NCBI GenBank assembly: GCA_032718475.1
Contig: JAUCBJ010002150.1
Span: forward strand, 1-62,264
Source of the DNA: Nemertoderma westbladi
Lineage: Eukaryota > Animalia > Xenacoelomorpha
DNA length: 62,264 nucleotides
Reading direction: 5' to 3'
Both the position numbers and the translations under genes were made by a program. Below the pieces are notes generated by a model that made no database searches, was not told the DNA's origin, and was given only the letters and a program-made list of their open reading frames with translations. Within the stretch, counting starts at the first letter, position 1; each line of letters starts with the position of its first letter. Shown here one piece after another: positions 13,019-24,778 of the stretch.

Positions 13019-13973
13019 CTCTCTCCTGCAGATTTCGGTGGCTAGTGGTTGAGTTTTATCTGGGGCGGCAGCTGGTTTTAGTTACTGTGACGGGATCCAG
13101 GAGGGATCCCGATTTATCCGATGTTTAGTTCACGCGTCCCTGCCGTGTGTAAAGAGTAAAATGAGTTCTGATGTTCGGTGTATATAATGATCAGTCTAAT
13201 AAGATATAGATATAGGTTGTTGTACACGGAAGGCGGGATACGGTAACTAAAAGTCCCGTGCTCCCCTATCTAAACTAACTAACCTAAGCTAGCACTACTG
13301 CACTTGAGATAACTGAATTACTGATTAATAGGTTACTGATTATATTACACGGTTGGCCTAATTACTACCTAATCGATGCCTTGCCCCCCTCTGATTGGTT
13401 GATACCCTTGTTGGCGCCCCGTGGAGTGTTCCCATTCACTCCACCTGTTCTCTCTGGGTTAGGGGTTTGGCCCCTGACCCTTATTGTGTGTGTCTCCTTT
13501 GGGGCCTATTGTCCCCGTTTACTGGGCTGACACGAGGTTGATTGGTAATCAACCTCGTGCTCCCAATATTGCTCAACGCCTTACTTTGTGGGTTCATGTT
13601 AGCGGAATTGGATAAGCTAACATCCCCTATGGAGAGGGATGGATTTTTATGTGGTGGTCGGGTCGCCATTGGCATTCCTAAAGTTAGCTAAAACTCACTT
13701 GTCTTGATGATAATGCACCTGCGCTGTGGTCGAGCGATGTATGTCACCGACCCCAACCCCCCCCCCTTCTCTTTCTTAACTTCCAAATAAATGTATATCA
13801 CTTTGCATTGGGTGTATCCCGTTTTCCAACCATAAGCAAAATGGAAACAAACCATTACCAAACAGGATATTTACCAATTACGTAAAACGTTTCATGGTAA
13901 TATTACATTAAATCTATTATTGTACAAATCTACAATCAAGTAGGCCTATATATTTTTAATTTCTATCAATGCA

Positions 13974-16160
13974 TTAAACGGGGGGCGGGTGTTTTTTATT
14001 GAATATTTCGGCTATGGTGTGAGGTGAAAAATGCCTCCAGTAGTTCATATCGGAGGGATCATCAGTCCATTGGGTTTTGCAGCCATCCTTTAATCTCAAT
14101 ATGCCCGAGTGTCTGACATTGTAATATGGAGTCAATGCGTCGCTTTCTCTGTTTGTTGCGTTGTATTTGCTTGTAGATGCTGCGGAGTATTCGCTTTCTC
14201 TGTTTGCTGCGTTGTATTTGCTTGTAGATGCTGCGGAGTATTCGCTTTCTCTGTTTGTTGCGTTGTATTTGCTTGTAGATGCTGCGGAGTATTCGCTTTC
14301 ATTTGACGCGTTTGTGTATCTACGATCATTATATGGTGTTCTATCGTTGGTATATTTTAAACTCGATCTTCTGCTAGGAGAATAGATCGCAGCGGGGTCT
14401 ATTATGCTAGTTGACCCTAGACTGGGATTATTATTGGCAAGGTGTGAAGGACCATTAGGTAAAGGAGTTACAGTTACATCGATATTATCTTCGTTTTGGT
14501 TATTGCATTTACATTTTCTGACAATTACTGCCATCGACCCTATTAGGCAGCATAACAATATTACACTTCCGATAATTATAGCTATAATAATAAATCCACC
14601 TTTGCCACCCGTATTGTTGTTAATAGGTGTAGTTGTTGAGTCAACTTTATCACATGTTTCATTATTCTTAGAACAATGGCATTCAGTCGGATCGCGTACG
14701 TTCCCATAATCTTTTGTCTCAACAAAATAAGTGTTGCCCACCAATATCTCTATCTGACTAAACATTCCATCGATAAAGTGTTCTTCCGGAGCACCACGTT
14801 CGCGCACCCTCGTGCAAGAGAAGTTACCTGTCGCCTGCCGCGGTGTACAATTGACAAAGTTAAACTGCACGAACGATGGAGTATAGCATCGCCTATCGTA
14901 CCCATCTATCGTGTCCTCGTTTAGTATCGCTTTGGCCTCAAAGTATGAAATGTTTTCATCGAGACAACTCCCTTTTACACCTGAAAGTGCATTACCATAA
15001 ATAGGTGTTGAACTCTTATAAAATATATGAGTGTCTGTTAACGTTGTAGTTCCGTTTTTCACGTGCAGTTCTGCTACTAATTTTTTTTCTAGAGATTCTT
15101 GTCCACGAATCAAACGGGCGCTAAATGGAAACTCCCTATTGAATGATATACATTGAATTGAAAAACTTATAGATGACATGTTTTTGTCATAGAGAACATA
15201 ATAACCCTTATTAACCTGTGAAGGTGTGGTACCATTCGAACCCGGAATAAATTTAGTATAAATATCGTTTCGAGCATTCTTCAGATAAGGTTTAAGCTGC
15301 TCACAATATCTTCCAATATAAAAACCAGCACATTTGCATTTCAATAACCCTTGGGCGAGATCATCCATACAAGTCCCTCCATTCTGACACTTATTTGGAA
15401 TACAAGGATTAAACTCTATGCGTTCTGCATACGTATCACTTGTCCAATCTGTTCCTCTACATGGTTTGCTGTACACATGGATTTTTGATTTTGCCACAGG
15501 CCTCTTCGCACTTAACATAGAGCAGAAGCTATCAGACGTTGGCACCCGGTACCACTGTACTGACATACATGTTAATGAGGTTTCTTCAACGCACTTCTTT
15601 TTGCAGTCAGCTAATGTTATTGACTTGACGATTAACACAAATGTAGTAATGTTTCTACGCCAGGGTCGTTTATCCATATAAGGGGGACTAGGGAGTAGTG
15701 GGCTAAGGCATGCGTTCGACTCAGTAAACCAAGTCTCCTTATTACTCCACTCATCTTCGGTTTCCCGTTTTCTCGCCTTGAATTGCCTTTGAAGCGATTC
15801 TGTAGGAGTAGAAAGGACAATATCTATTTTATATATCAGTCTGTATATTTCATCGAATGCTTTAACACTGAAGTTGTATGCGGTGCCGGATTCGAGACCA
15901 GTCGCATTACATTGGAATTCATCCGCAACTGGAGTAACAACTGAGCAGTATTCAACCCTCATCGTCGCAGAATTATACGAGTCGGAAATCCTGTAAGCGA
16001 CATCGTAATATGCTACATCCACAGAATCTCTTATAAATAATTTAATGGATGTGTTGTTGATTATACTTCTGTGATTAACAGAGATTGTACCGGTACCATC
16101 TACCAAATAATGACAGACGAAATGAAAGAACATAATAATTATTGGCATACTTTCAATCAT
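13974..16160 (-). CDS. Intronless type I membrane protein, 728 aa: signal peptide, FN3-like, PAN/apple-like, EGF, Cys-containing region, TM helix, Tyr/Ser-rich repeat tail
   Basis: Hydrophobic N-terminus; TGLESGTAYNFSVKA (FN3 signature); TLADCKKKC..CMSVQW..C (PAN-like); NPCIPNKCQNGGTC..CKCAGFYIGRYCE (EGF); FIIIAIIIGSVILLCCLIGSMAVIV followed by RK (TM/stop-transfer). Confidence 0.88.
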   Translation of the reverse strand: MIESMPIIIMFFHFVCHYLVDGTGTISVNHRSIINNTSIKLFIRDSVDVAYYDVAYRISDSYNSATMRVEYCSVVTPVADEFQCNATGLESGTAYNFSVKAFDEIYRLIYKIDIVLSTPTESLQRQFKARKRETEDEWSNKETWFTESNACLSPLLPSPPYMDKRPWRRNITTFVLIVKSITLADCKKKCVEETSLTCMSVQWYRVPTSDSFCSMLSAKRPVAKSKIHVYSKPCRGTDWTSDTYAERIEFNPCIPNKCQNGGTCMDDLAQGLLKCKCAGFYIGRYCEQLKPYLKNARNDIYTKFIPGSNGTTPSQVNKGYYVLYDKNMSSISFSIQCISFNREFPFSARLIRGQESLEKKLVAELHVKNGTTTLTDTHIFYKSSTPIYGNALSGVKGSCLDENISYFEAKAILNEDTIDGYDRRCYTPSFVQFNFVNCTPRQATGNFSCTRVRERGAPEEHFIDGMFSQIEILVGNTYFVETKDYGNVRDPTECHCSKNNETCDKVDSTTTPINNNTGGKGGFIIIAIIIGSVILLCCLIGSMAVIVRKCKCNNQNEDNIDVTVTPLPNGPSHLANNNPSLGSTSIIDPAAIYSPSRRSSLKYTNDRTPYNDRRYTNASNESEYSAASTSKYNATNRESEYSAASTSKYNAANRESEYSAASTSKYNATNRESDALTPYYNVRHSGILRLKDGCKTQWTDDPSDMNYWRHFSPHTIAEIFNKKHPPPV
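14139..14301 (-). repeat. Coding tandem repeat, 51 bp/17 aa x ~3.2
   Basis: ESEYSAASTSKYNA(T/A)NR repeated in the cytoplasmic tail. Confidence 0.95.
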
Positions 16161-16314
16161 AATAATGTATGTACTCTTCCTCTTAGATATTCTAATAATT
16201 ACGTTATTTTCCGAAAACTCCTAAAATCGCCCATTTTCTTTACTAAAATGATCTTCATGAACTAGCTACTATTAAAATTGTTAAAATATATGAAAAACTA
16301 AACTACATAAACCA

Positions 16315-16398
16315 TGTCGTGGGATGTGGGACATAATAATGTCGTGGGATGTGGGTGGGACATAATAGTGTCGTGGGATGTGGGACATAATAGTGTCG
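16315..16398. repeat. Short 24-28 bp tandem repeat upstream of the receptor gene
   Basis: TGTCGTGGGATGTGGGACATAATA x3. Confidence 0.85.
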
Positions 16399-16477
16399 TT
16401 ATTCAGGTGCTTGCATCCCCAACCCCCTCCCCCATCCCCCTCCCTTCCCCACAATAAAATCGAACTCTACAAGTCTG

Positions 16478-16800
16478 AATGAGATTATGTGAAATTTAAA
16501 ACAGAGATAGTTTCACCTCACTCCTCTCTCATGGTCGAGTCAGAATTTTTATTTTCGTTTTCATTCTTTCTCCACAAGCGTTTGAGAAAAGTGTCTCTGG
16601 CGATATTTCACCAGTTACACCACAGTCATTCATCAACCTGAAGGTGATTCGTTGGTACTGATGGAAAGCTGGCCATTTCAGTATTCCAAATATGTATAAT
16701 ACAATCTAAATTTCGTTGAAAAATCATGGTTTGCTCCTGTGTGATGCTATTTTATCTATTTAATAAATACACCATATTCTGGAACATTTTGTTTATTCCA
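16478..16800 (+). mobile_element. Diverged single arm of the adjacent foldback element
   Basis: ATGAGATTATGTGAAATTTAAAACAGAGATAGTTTCACCTC... aligns with 17310-17660. A further fragment lies at ~39214-39370. Confidence 0.7.
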
Positions 16801-16926
16801 TACGTAGCTGGGCAACAATGCATTACCTCTTTAATCATACTATTTTGATTGCTTGATTGATTTTTCCCCATTGCACAATACTAATAAAGTGAACCTGTAG
16901 TTGAAGTTTAAGTATTATCACGTGTA

Positions 16927-18124
16927 CACCATGCCCCGGAAAATAGTATCGTAATTCAATGACACGAACCCCACCCACCCCCCCCCCCCCCCCCCCCCCC
17001 CCAACCAATTTTGGCCCATGTGAAGAATACCAGACTTTCTGCCGTTATATTTCACTTTGCAGTTACCCCCATGTGAAGAATACCAGGTTTTCACCAAAAC
17101 CACAGGTTACACAAGGGCTGTATCTAACCAAAACAATAAACGAATTAGTATATGTACAGGTTATAAGACAGAAATAAGCGCTATAAAACACTTAATAAAG
17201 ATAAACTTAAAAAAATAAAAAGTCTTCATATATAAAATACCAATAAAAAGTCTACCGAAAAGGGAAATCCTGGTATTCTTAACATGGGCGGAAATTTTTT
17301 CACAAATCGTAATGAGATTGCATGAAATTTGAAACAGAGATAGTTTCACCTCCCGACCACTGACTGGGTGAGCCAGAATTTTTATTTTTGCTTTCAATCT
17401 TTAGCTACAAGCGTTTAAAAAAAGTGTCTCCAGCAATATTTCACCAGTTACACCGCAGTTATTCTTCTACCTTATAGCTGTTTGTTGGTACCAATAATAG
17501 AAAGCTGGCCCTGCAAGGATTCCAAATATGTAACACAATTTGAATTTCGTTGAAAAACAGCTGATATAATAAGGGCGTTCAATTGTTGCATGGTTATGCA
17601 CCTGCGCGAGGCTATTTTATTATATTTAATTAATGAATACACCATTCTGGAACATTTTGTTAATGTATGAATTGTTACGTAATAGTATGATTAAAGATGT
17701 TATGCGCATTGATGCCCAGCTAAGTATTGGAGATTATGAAATAGAATAAAATTGCCTAACGCAGATGGAAAACCATGCAACATTTGAACGCCCATATCTA
17801 TTTTTCAACGAAATTCAAATTGTGTTACATATTTGGAATCCTTGCAGGGCCAGCTTTCTATTGGTACCAACAAACAGCAATAATGTAGAGGAATAACTGC
17901 GGTGGGACTGGAGCAATATCGCTGAAGACACCGTTTTTTAAACGCTTGTAGCTAAAGATAGAAAGCAAAAATAATAATTCTGGCTCATCCACTAAGTGGT
18001 CGGGAGGTGAAACTAATGTATCTCTGTTTCAAATTTCATACAATCTCATTAACAATTGTAAAAAAATTTGGGGGTCAGGGTCGTCTTATTGAATTACGTC
18101 ACAATATTTGCTGGGGCATGGTAC
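16927..18124. mobile_element. Foldback/MITE with long inverted arms, containing a nested small MITE (~17007-17296)
   Basis: CCATGCCCC..CGTAATTCAAT at the left end is inverted at 18088-18121. 17310-17610 is the reverse complement of 17760-18050. Inner element bounded by CCCATGTGAAGAATACCAG / CTGGTATTCTTAACATGGG. Confidence 0.8.
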
Positions 18125-18383
18125 TATGACCTCTTGATTTCTAATAGAGGCTTTATTGAAAGGAAATAGCAGCCATTCGGTAACCATAGAAATAAGAAAG
18201 TAATGTTTCATCAAGTTACCATATAATGAATGAACCAATGAATTAAAAATAATATTCATTCAGCGTCATATAATTAAATGTTGTTTTTTTAGATTAGGTT
18301 AAGTCCGGACAAATAAGTCCAGAGCGATTAAGTCTACCTTTGTTGTTATGGAACCAAAAATAATTAATTAGTAAGAATAAAGC

Positions 18384-18431
18384 TTAATCCTATCTGGCCC
18401 GGGCTATTTTACAACGTAATTGGCTGGGAGT

Positions 18432-18465
<34 letters not shown>

Positions 18466-19415
18466 GTCATTTTATAAACTTTTTCGACCTTGGATCAAAA
18501 GTAAAATTTTGATAGTATAAGTGTTTTCGAGGTCGCTAATTACGATAAAACTTGTTAAAAATTATTTTCTGGCAATGCAATCATAATTTTTTGTGCTATT
18601 TTGGCCCCCCAGGACACAAAATCATAAGTACTAGCTACCATCTTACTGTCAGAAGGTCAAATATTTGTTCTAGAACAAAAAACGTCATAATAAAATAATT
18701 TTTCACAAGAAAACGTTGGTCAAATTTTTTTTTAATTTTACAATTATAATTTTTTTCACTAGCTAATAAGAAGCACTAGCAAACACAAAATCAAAATTAC
18801 TAGCTATCATCTTACTGTCAGAAGGTCAAATATTTGTTCTAGAACAAAAAACATCATGATAAAAGTCATTTTCATATGAGAAAATCGGAATAATTGGCAT
18901 TACTATGTTATGGGTTAACATAGTAATGCCAATTATTCCATGCAAATATATAATTGAGAATTAAATTACCGGTACATCTTACATTTACTAGCTAATAAAT
19001 AGTACTAGCTAACACAAAATCAAAAGTACTAGCTACCATCTTACTGTCAGAAGGTCAAATATTTGTTCTAGATACAAAAAACGTCATAATAAAATACATT
19101 TTCACAAGAAAGATCGTTGGTCAATTTTTTTTTCAATTTTTCAATTATAATTTTTTTCACTAGCTAATAAAAAGCACTAGCTAACACAAAATCAAAATTA
19201 CTATAGCTACCATCGTACTGGCAGAAAGTTAAATATTTGTTCTAGAACAAAATACCTCATGATAAAAGCCATTTTCATATGAAACAATTTGTTTAAAAAG
19301 TGGGTACCCATAACTTAGTAGTTCCGATAGCTTTTGCAAGTCTTTTTAATTACATTCCAGTACTACTGTAGCTATTCATTAAAAAAAAAAAAAAGGGGGG
19401 GGGGGGGATGGATGC
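18384..19415. mobile_element. Probable non-autonomous DNA element with four internal ~165-230 bp repeats; replaces the 3' end of FReD copy 1
   Basis: Begins TTAATCCTATCTGGCCCGGG plus poly-G. ACACAAAATCAAAA..TACTAGCTACCATCTTACTGTCAGAAGGTCAAAT recurs at ~18614, 18783, 19012 and 19184. Boundaries approximate. Confidence 0.55.
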
Positions 19416-20335
19416 AGTAATACCCTTATTTTCATCCTTAGATCACACTTCCAACTGCTTGTGAATAAATATAGAATGTTCAACCCCATCCAGAAACTTT
19501 TTTCAGTGTAGTTACCAAAACCTTCTTCATACTGCGACCAAGTTTTATCGAAATCGTTGGATTTTTTATAATGTCGACGCTGAATGTATAGACCACTTTC
19601 GCGATTGCAGTAAAGTGTTTTGTTTAAAGACCCGAACGGGTACAATATAGGACCCGTATTACCGTTTGTACATGGGAATGTTATTATGGTAGTAGTGGTG
19701 GTCGTAGAAGGTGAGATTACCTTAGTGGTAGATGAGGTTGACGAGAGTGATGTATTAGTAGCTGGGAGTTCCTTATTGGTAGGTGAGGATGACGATAGTG
19801 ATGTATTAGTAGGTGAGGGTTCCTTAGTTGTAGGTGGGGTTGACGAGAGTGATGTATTAGTATGTGAGGGTTCCTTAGTGGTTGGTGGGGTTGACGAGAG
19901 TGATGTATTAGTAGGTGAGGGTTCCTTGGTGGTAGGTGAGGATGACGAAAGTGATGTATTAGTAGAAGAGGGTATTGATGAGTTCGCGGTTAATTCTGTG
20001 GTGGTGTTTGCTACATCTATAGGGCTAATGGTGGTCGACTCGGCAGCCCCAGGTTGTAGCAGCACCATTAATAAAATTACAGTGACAATAAATGCCAGGA
20101 AGGATGATAGTATTCCGAATACAGATTTAACAATTTTCTCATCAGTATCCAGCAGTCTACATAACCAGCTTGTTTGTTCAACATCGTTCTGTAGGGCTTC
20201 GCACGGAATGTTTGCCTCCAGGTTTTCCTGTATTTCCGTCGACCGCTGAACTTCTTCTAATTGTATTTCTTCCACAGCAGTTACATAGGAATAGTTGGAA
20301 GAAGAACGACTGGATCCGTTGATCAAAGTTGCCAT
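19379..20335 (-). pseudogene. FReD paralog 1: type II membrane mucin-stalk protein with fibrinogen domain truncated midway
   Basis: Near-identical to 25733-26971 until KIRVL (~19418), then runs into a poly-C/poly-T junction (HPSPPPPFFFF*). First ATG at 20335; the track start is a GTG. Confidence 0.8.
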
Positions 20336-20575
20336 TGTCACTTTAAATTAAAAATTTTGTGAATTTAATTATTTAATTAAAGTAAAATTATCGCTAATTG
20401 AATTTTCTAGTTGTTAACTTTTCTAAGATTTCTGGAACATGGATTTCATGTATTTCTATGATTACACTTTCATTAGTTAATTCAGAAAATATTTAAAATA
20501 TATAATAGGCCCTCATCGAGGCAATTAACACTTCCTCGACACTAAACTAGTTAGAATTGAAGCCACCTTGAAGCC

Positions 20576-22808
20576 TGTTTATCGGGGAGATCATGATAGC
20601 TGTTTATCTGAGATCATGATAGCTGTTTATCGGAGATCATGATGGCTGCTTATCGGAGAACATGATGGCTGTTTATCGGGTTTATCGGAGATCATGATAG
20701 CTGTTTATCGGAGATTATGATAGCTGTTTATCGGAGATCATTAGCGGAGATCATGATGGCTGTTTATCTGAGATCACGATGGCTGTTTATCGGAGATCAT
20801 GATGGCTGTTTATCGGAGTTCATGATAGCTGTTTATCGGAGATCATGATAGCTGTTTATCGGGTTTATCGGAAATCATGATAGCTGTTTATCGGGTTTAT
20901 CGGAGATCATGATAGCTGTTTATCGGAGATCATGATGGCTGTTTATCGGAGTTCATGATGGCTGTTTATCTGAGATCATTATCGGAGATCATGATGGCTG
21001 TTTATCTGAGATCATGATAGCTGTTTATCGGAGATCATGATAGCTGTTTATCGGAGATCATGATGGCTGTTTATCTGAGATCATGATAGCTGTCTATCGG
21101 AGATCATGATAGCTGTTTCTCGGGCTTATCGGAGATCATGATAGCTGTTTATCGGAGTTCATGATGGCTGTTTATCGGAGATCATTATCGGAGATCATGA
21201 TAGCTGTTTATCGGAGATCATGATAGCTGTTTATCGGAGATCATGATGGCTGTTTATCTGATATCATGATAGCTGTTTATCGGAGATCATGATAGCTGTT
21301 TATCGGGTTTATCGGAGATCATGATAGCTGTTTATCGGAGATCATGATAGGTGTTTATCGGAGATCATGATGGCTGTTTATCGAAGATCATGATAGCTGT
21401 TTATCGGAGATCATGATGCCTGTATATCTGAGATCATGATAGCTGTTTATCGGAGATCATGATAGCTGTTTATCGGGTTTATCGGAGATCATGATAGCTG
21501 TTTATCGGAGATCATGATGGCTGTTTATCGGAGTTCATGATGGCTGTTTATCTGAGATCATTATCGGAGATGATGATGGCTGTTTATCTGAGATCATGAT
21601 AGCTGTTTATCGGAGATCATGATAGCTGTTTATCGGAGATCATGATGGCTGTTTATCTGAGATCATGATAGCTGTCTATCGGAGTTCATGATGGCTGTTT
21701 ATCGGAGATCATTATCGGAGATCATGATAGCTGTTTATCGGAGATCATGATAGCTGTTTATCGGAGATCATGATGGCTGTTTATCTGATATCATGATAGC
21801 TGTTTATCGGAGATCATGATAGCTGTTTATCGGGTTTATCGGAGATCATGATAGCTGTTTATCGGAGATCATGATAGGTGTTTATCGGAGATCATGATGG
21901 CTGTTTATCGAAGATCATGATAGCTGTTTATCGGAGATCATGATGCCTGTATATCTGAGATCATGATAGCTGTTTATCGGAGATCATGATAGCTGTTTAT
22001 CGGGTTTATCGGAGATCATGATAGCTGTTTATCGGAGATCATGATGGCTGTTTATCGGAGTTCATGATGGCTGTTTATCTGAGATCATTATCGGAGATGA
22101 TGATGGCTGTTTATCTGAGATCATGATAGCTGTTTATCGGAGATCATGATAGCTGTTTATCGGAGATCATGATGGCTGTTTATCTGAGATCATGATAGCT
22201 GTCTATCGGAGATCATGATAGCTGTTTATCGGGCTTATCGGAGATCATGATAGCTGTTTATCGGAGATCATGATAGCTGTTTATCGGAGATCATGATAGC
22301 TGTTTATCGGAGATCATGATAGCTGTTTATCGGAGATCATGATGGCTGTTTATCTGAGATCATGATAGCTGTTTATCGGAGATCATGATAGCTGTTTATC
22401 GGGTTTATCGGAGATCATGATAGCTGTTTATTGGAGATCATGATAGCTGTTTATCGGAGATCATGATGGCGGTTTATCTGAGATCATGATAGCTGTTTAT
22501 CGGAGATCATGATAGCTGTTTATCGGGTTAATCGGAGATCATGATAGCTGTTTATCGGAGATCATGATGGCTGTTTATCGGAGTTCATGATGGCTGTTTA
22601 TTGGAGATCATTATCGGAGATCATGATGGCTGTTCATCGGAAATCATGATGGCTGTTTATCGGAGATTATGATAGCTGTTTATCGGAGATCATGATGGCT
22701 GTTTATCTGAGATCATGATAGCTGTTTATCGGAGATCATGATAGCTGTTTATCGGAGATCATGATGGCTGTTTATCGGAGATCATGATGGCTGTTTATCG
22801 GAGATCAT
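20576..22808. repeat. 23-bp minisatellite array 1 (~2.2 kb)
   Basis: GGAGATCATGATAGCTGTTTATC units. Diagnostic variants (TCGAAGATC, TGATGCCTGTATATC) recur 527 bp apart, indicating block duplication. Confidence 0.98.
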
Positions 22809-22843
22809 TTGCTTTGGCCGAAGACCGTTGGGGAAAACAATAA

Positions 22844-24778
22844 GTGTTTAAGTGCCGAAATGACCTTCATAAGGCGCAGAAAGAGTCCCGACTCAAACAG
22901 ACTACAGCGGCCAAGAATGCAGTTAAAGCTGCATCTAGGTCCCTGAACAGGCAGTACTCTGTTAATCTACAGGAGCTAATAAACCAACAGGTTGATGCCA
23001 TCAATGATGCTGACGACAGCAGGCAATCATCCCAGGCATGGAAATCGATCAATCTGCTTACTGGGCGGAAAAGCCAACCAACCACCAAGGTTAAGGCTGA
23101 ATCACCAGCCGATCGCCTCAATGGTTGGAAAGCCCACTTTGAAAAGCTCCTCAATAATGACAGGGTATTGCCTGATAACTTTATAGAAGTAAAAGTGTCT
23201 GAGTCTGTGCTCCCAGATATTCCCATTGGCGATATCTCCTTTGCAGAAGTGAAGGCTGCTGCAAAGAGCATTAAGACCAATCGTGCCAGTGGAGTAGATG
23301 GTGTTCCCCCTGAGGTCTTTAAAATACCTGAGTGTTTAAAGCTCATCTATCCCATCATAGTAGACATGTACCGTACAACAAGAGTCCCACAAGAAATGAA
23401 AACAAATAAGTTGGTGCCAGTTCCCAAGAAGGGCAACCTAACACTCTATGGTTCTTTTCGGGGAATCTCATTGATCTCGATCGCTGCAAAACTATACAAT
23501 AGAATTCTATTAAATCGCATCAGGGATCCCATTGAGAGACTGCTACGTGGAAATCAGAATGGGTTCCGTAAAGGTCGTGGGACCATGGAGCCCATTTTGG
23601 CACTTAGAAGGATAATTGAAGAGTTATCAAAAAAGAAAGACAGGCATCTGGCTGTTATCTTTGTTGACTTCTTCAAGGCCTTTGATTCAGTCTCTCGCTC
23701 ACGTATGTTCAGCATACTTTCATTATATGGGATTCCTGATGAAATTATTGCAGCAATCAGATCAGTATACGATGGTTCGACAACATTTGTGTCTACTGTT
23801 GACGGTGACACAGAACCATTTGAAGTGTTATGGGGCGTCCTCCAAGGAGACACACTTGCACCATTCTTGTTCATTATTGTGGTTGACTATGTTCTACGCA
23901 TGTCCTTAGATCATCATAATGATGATGGGGTGATGATAACTCCACCTACTGGCTCCAGAAGTCGAGGAAATCCTGCCAAGTACCTAACTGATCTAGACTT
24001 TGCTGATGACTTAGGAGTACTCTCAGAATCATTAGAGGGAGCCCAGCGGCTCCTCAGCTCATTAGAACATGCTGCTTCTAGTGTTGGTCTTTTTATTAAC
24101 TCCAGAAAGACCAAAATTCTGACAGTTAACTTTGAAAGTCCTCAGCAAGTCTCTGATCGGATGAGCATAAGCTCAAAGGATGGTATGCTTGAGCATGTGG
24201 ACGACTTCTGTTACCTGGGATCATGGTTCCGGAAGTCAGGTGAGGACCTTCGAATACGTAAGGGAAAGGCATGGGCAGCCTTGAATAGGCTTTCCAGGAT
24301 TTGGAAGTCACCTAGAATTAATCGGAAACTTAAGGTCCGATTATTTAGAGCAGCAGTAGTTCCAGTACTCCTCTACGGGAGTCCATGCTGGGCTCTAACT
24401 GCTGAGGACACCAAATCTCTGGATGGCACATTCACAAGAATGCTACGCCGGGTACATTGTGTCAAGTACAATGCACACATCTCCAACCAGACACTATATA
24501 ACATTGGAGGTGTCTCATTGGTTCCCCCAAGCTTGACACTAGAACAAAATCGCCTCCGCTTTGCAGGACATTGCTTTCGCCGTGAGGACCAGCCAGTGCA
24601 TAATCTTGTACTTTGGCAGCCTCATGGAGTGAATAAGCATGGTGGACAGCCCATGACTTTCTTGAGACGCATCTTAAAGGACACGGGCCTTAAAGATGCG
24701 GATGATCTAGCAAATGTCATGGGTGATAGGGAGTTGTGGCGGTGCAATTTTGTTGACAAGCCGGCACAGCATTCTTAA
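22844..24778 (+). CDS. Reverse transcriptase (uninterrupted 3' part of the ORF; endonuclease domain missing)
   Basis: RT motifs PVPKKG, FRGISL, QNGFR, FVDFFKAFDSV, GVLQGDTLAPFLF, LDFADD, F.YLGS; RTE-like C-terminus RLRFAGHC. The GTG start lies within the TSD, so it is not the native start. Confidence 0.92.
   Translation: MFKCRNDLHKAQKESRLKQTTAAKNAVKAASRSLNRQYSVNLQELINQQVDAINDADDSRQSSQAWKSINLLTGRKSQPTTKVKAESPADRLNGWKAHFEKLLNNDRVLPDNFIEVKVSESVLPDIPIGDISFAEVKAAAKSIKTNRASGVDGVPPEVFKIPECLKLIYPIIVDMYRTTRVPQEMKTNKLVPVPKKGNLTLYGSFRGISLISIAAKLYNRILLNRIRDPIERLLRGNQNGFRKGRGTMEPILALRRIIEELSKKKDRHLAVIFVDFFKAFDSVSRSRMFSILSLYGIPDEIIAAIRSVYDGSTTFVSTVDGDTEPFEVLWGVLQGDTLAPFLFIIVVDYVLRMSLDHHNDDGVMITPPTGSRSRGNPAKYLTDLDFADDLGVLSESLEGAQRLLSSLEHAASSVGLFINSRKTKILTVNFESPQQVSDRMSISSKDGMLEHVDDFCYLGSWFRKSGEDLRIRKGKAWAALNRLSRIWKSPRINRKLKVRLFRAAVVPVLLYGSPCWALTAEDTKSLDGTFTRMLRRVHCVKYNAHISNQTLYNIGGVSLVPPSLTLEQNRLRFAGHCFRREDQPVHNLVLWQPHGVNKHGGQPMTFLRRILKDTGLKDADDLANVMGDRELWRCNFVDKPAQHS

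Noticed and set aside
9399-13052. Many + strand ORFs over the gag-like region
   Set aside because: Antisense shadows of a GC-rich, low-complexity - strand ORF.
7023-13760. Complete LTR retrotransposon with paired LTRs
   Set aside because: No second copy of 7023-7393, no PBS/PPT, no TSD and no pol could be found.
22844-24778. Bacterial RT system (retron, DGR, group II intron)
   Set aside because: Motifs, tandem-repeat tail and TSD are those of a eukaryotic non-LTR retrotransposon. The flanking 56-bp repeats are identical, unlike DGR TR/VR pairs.
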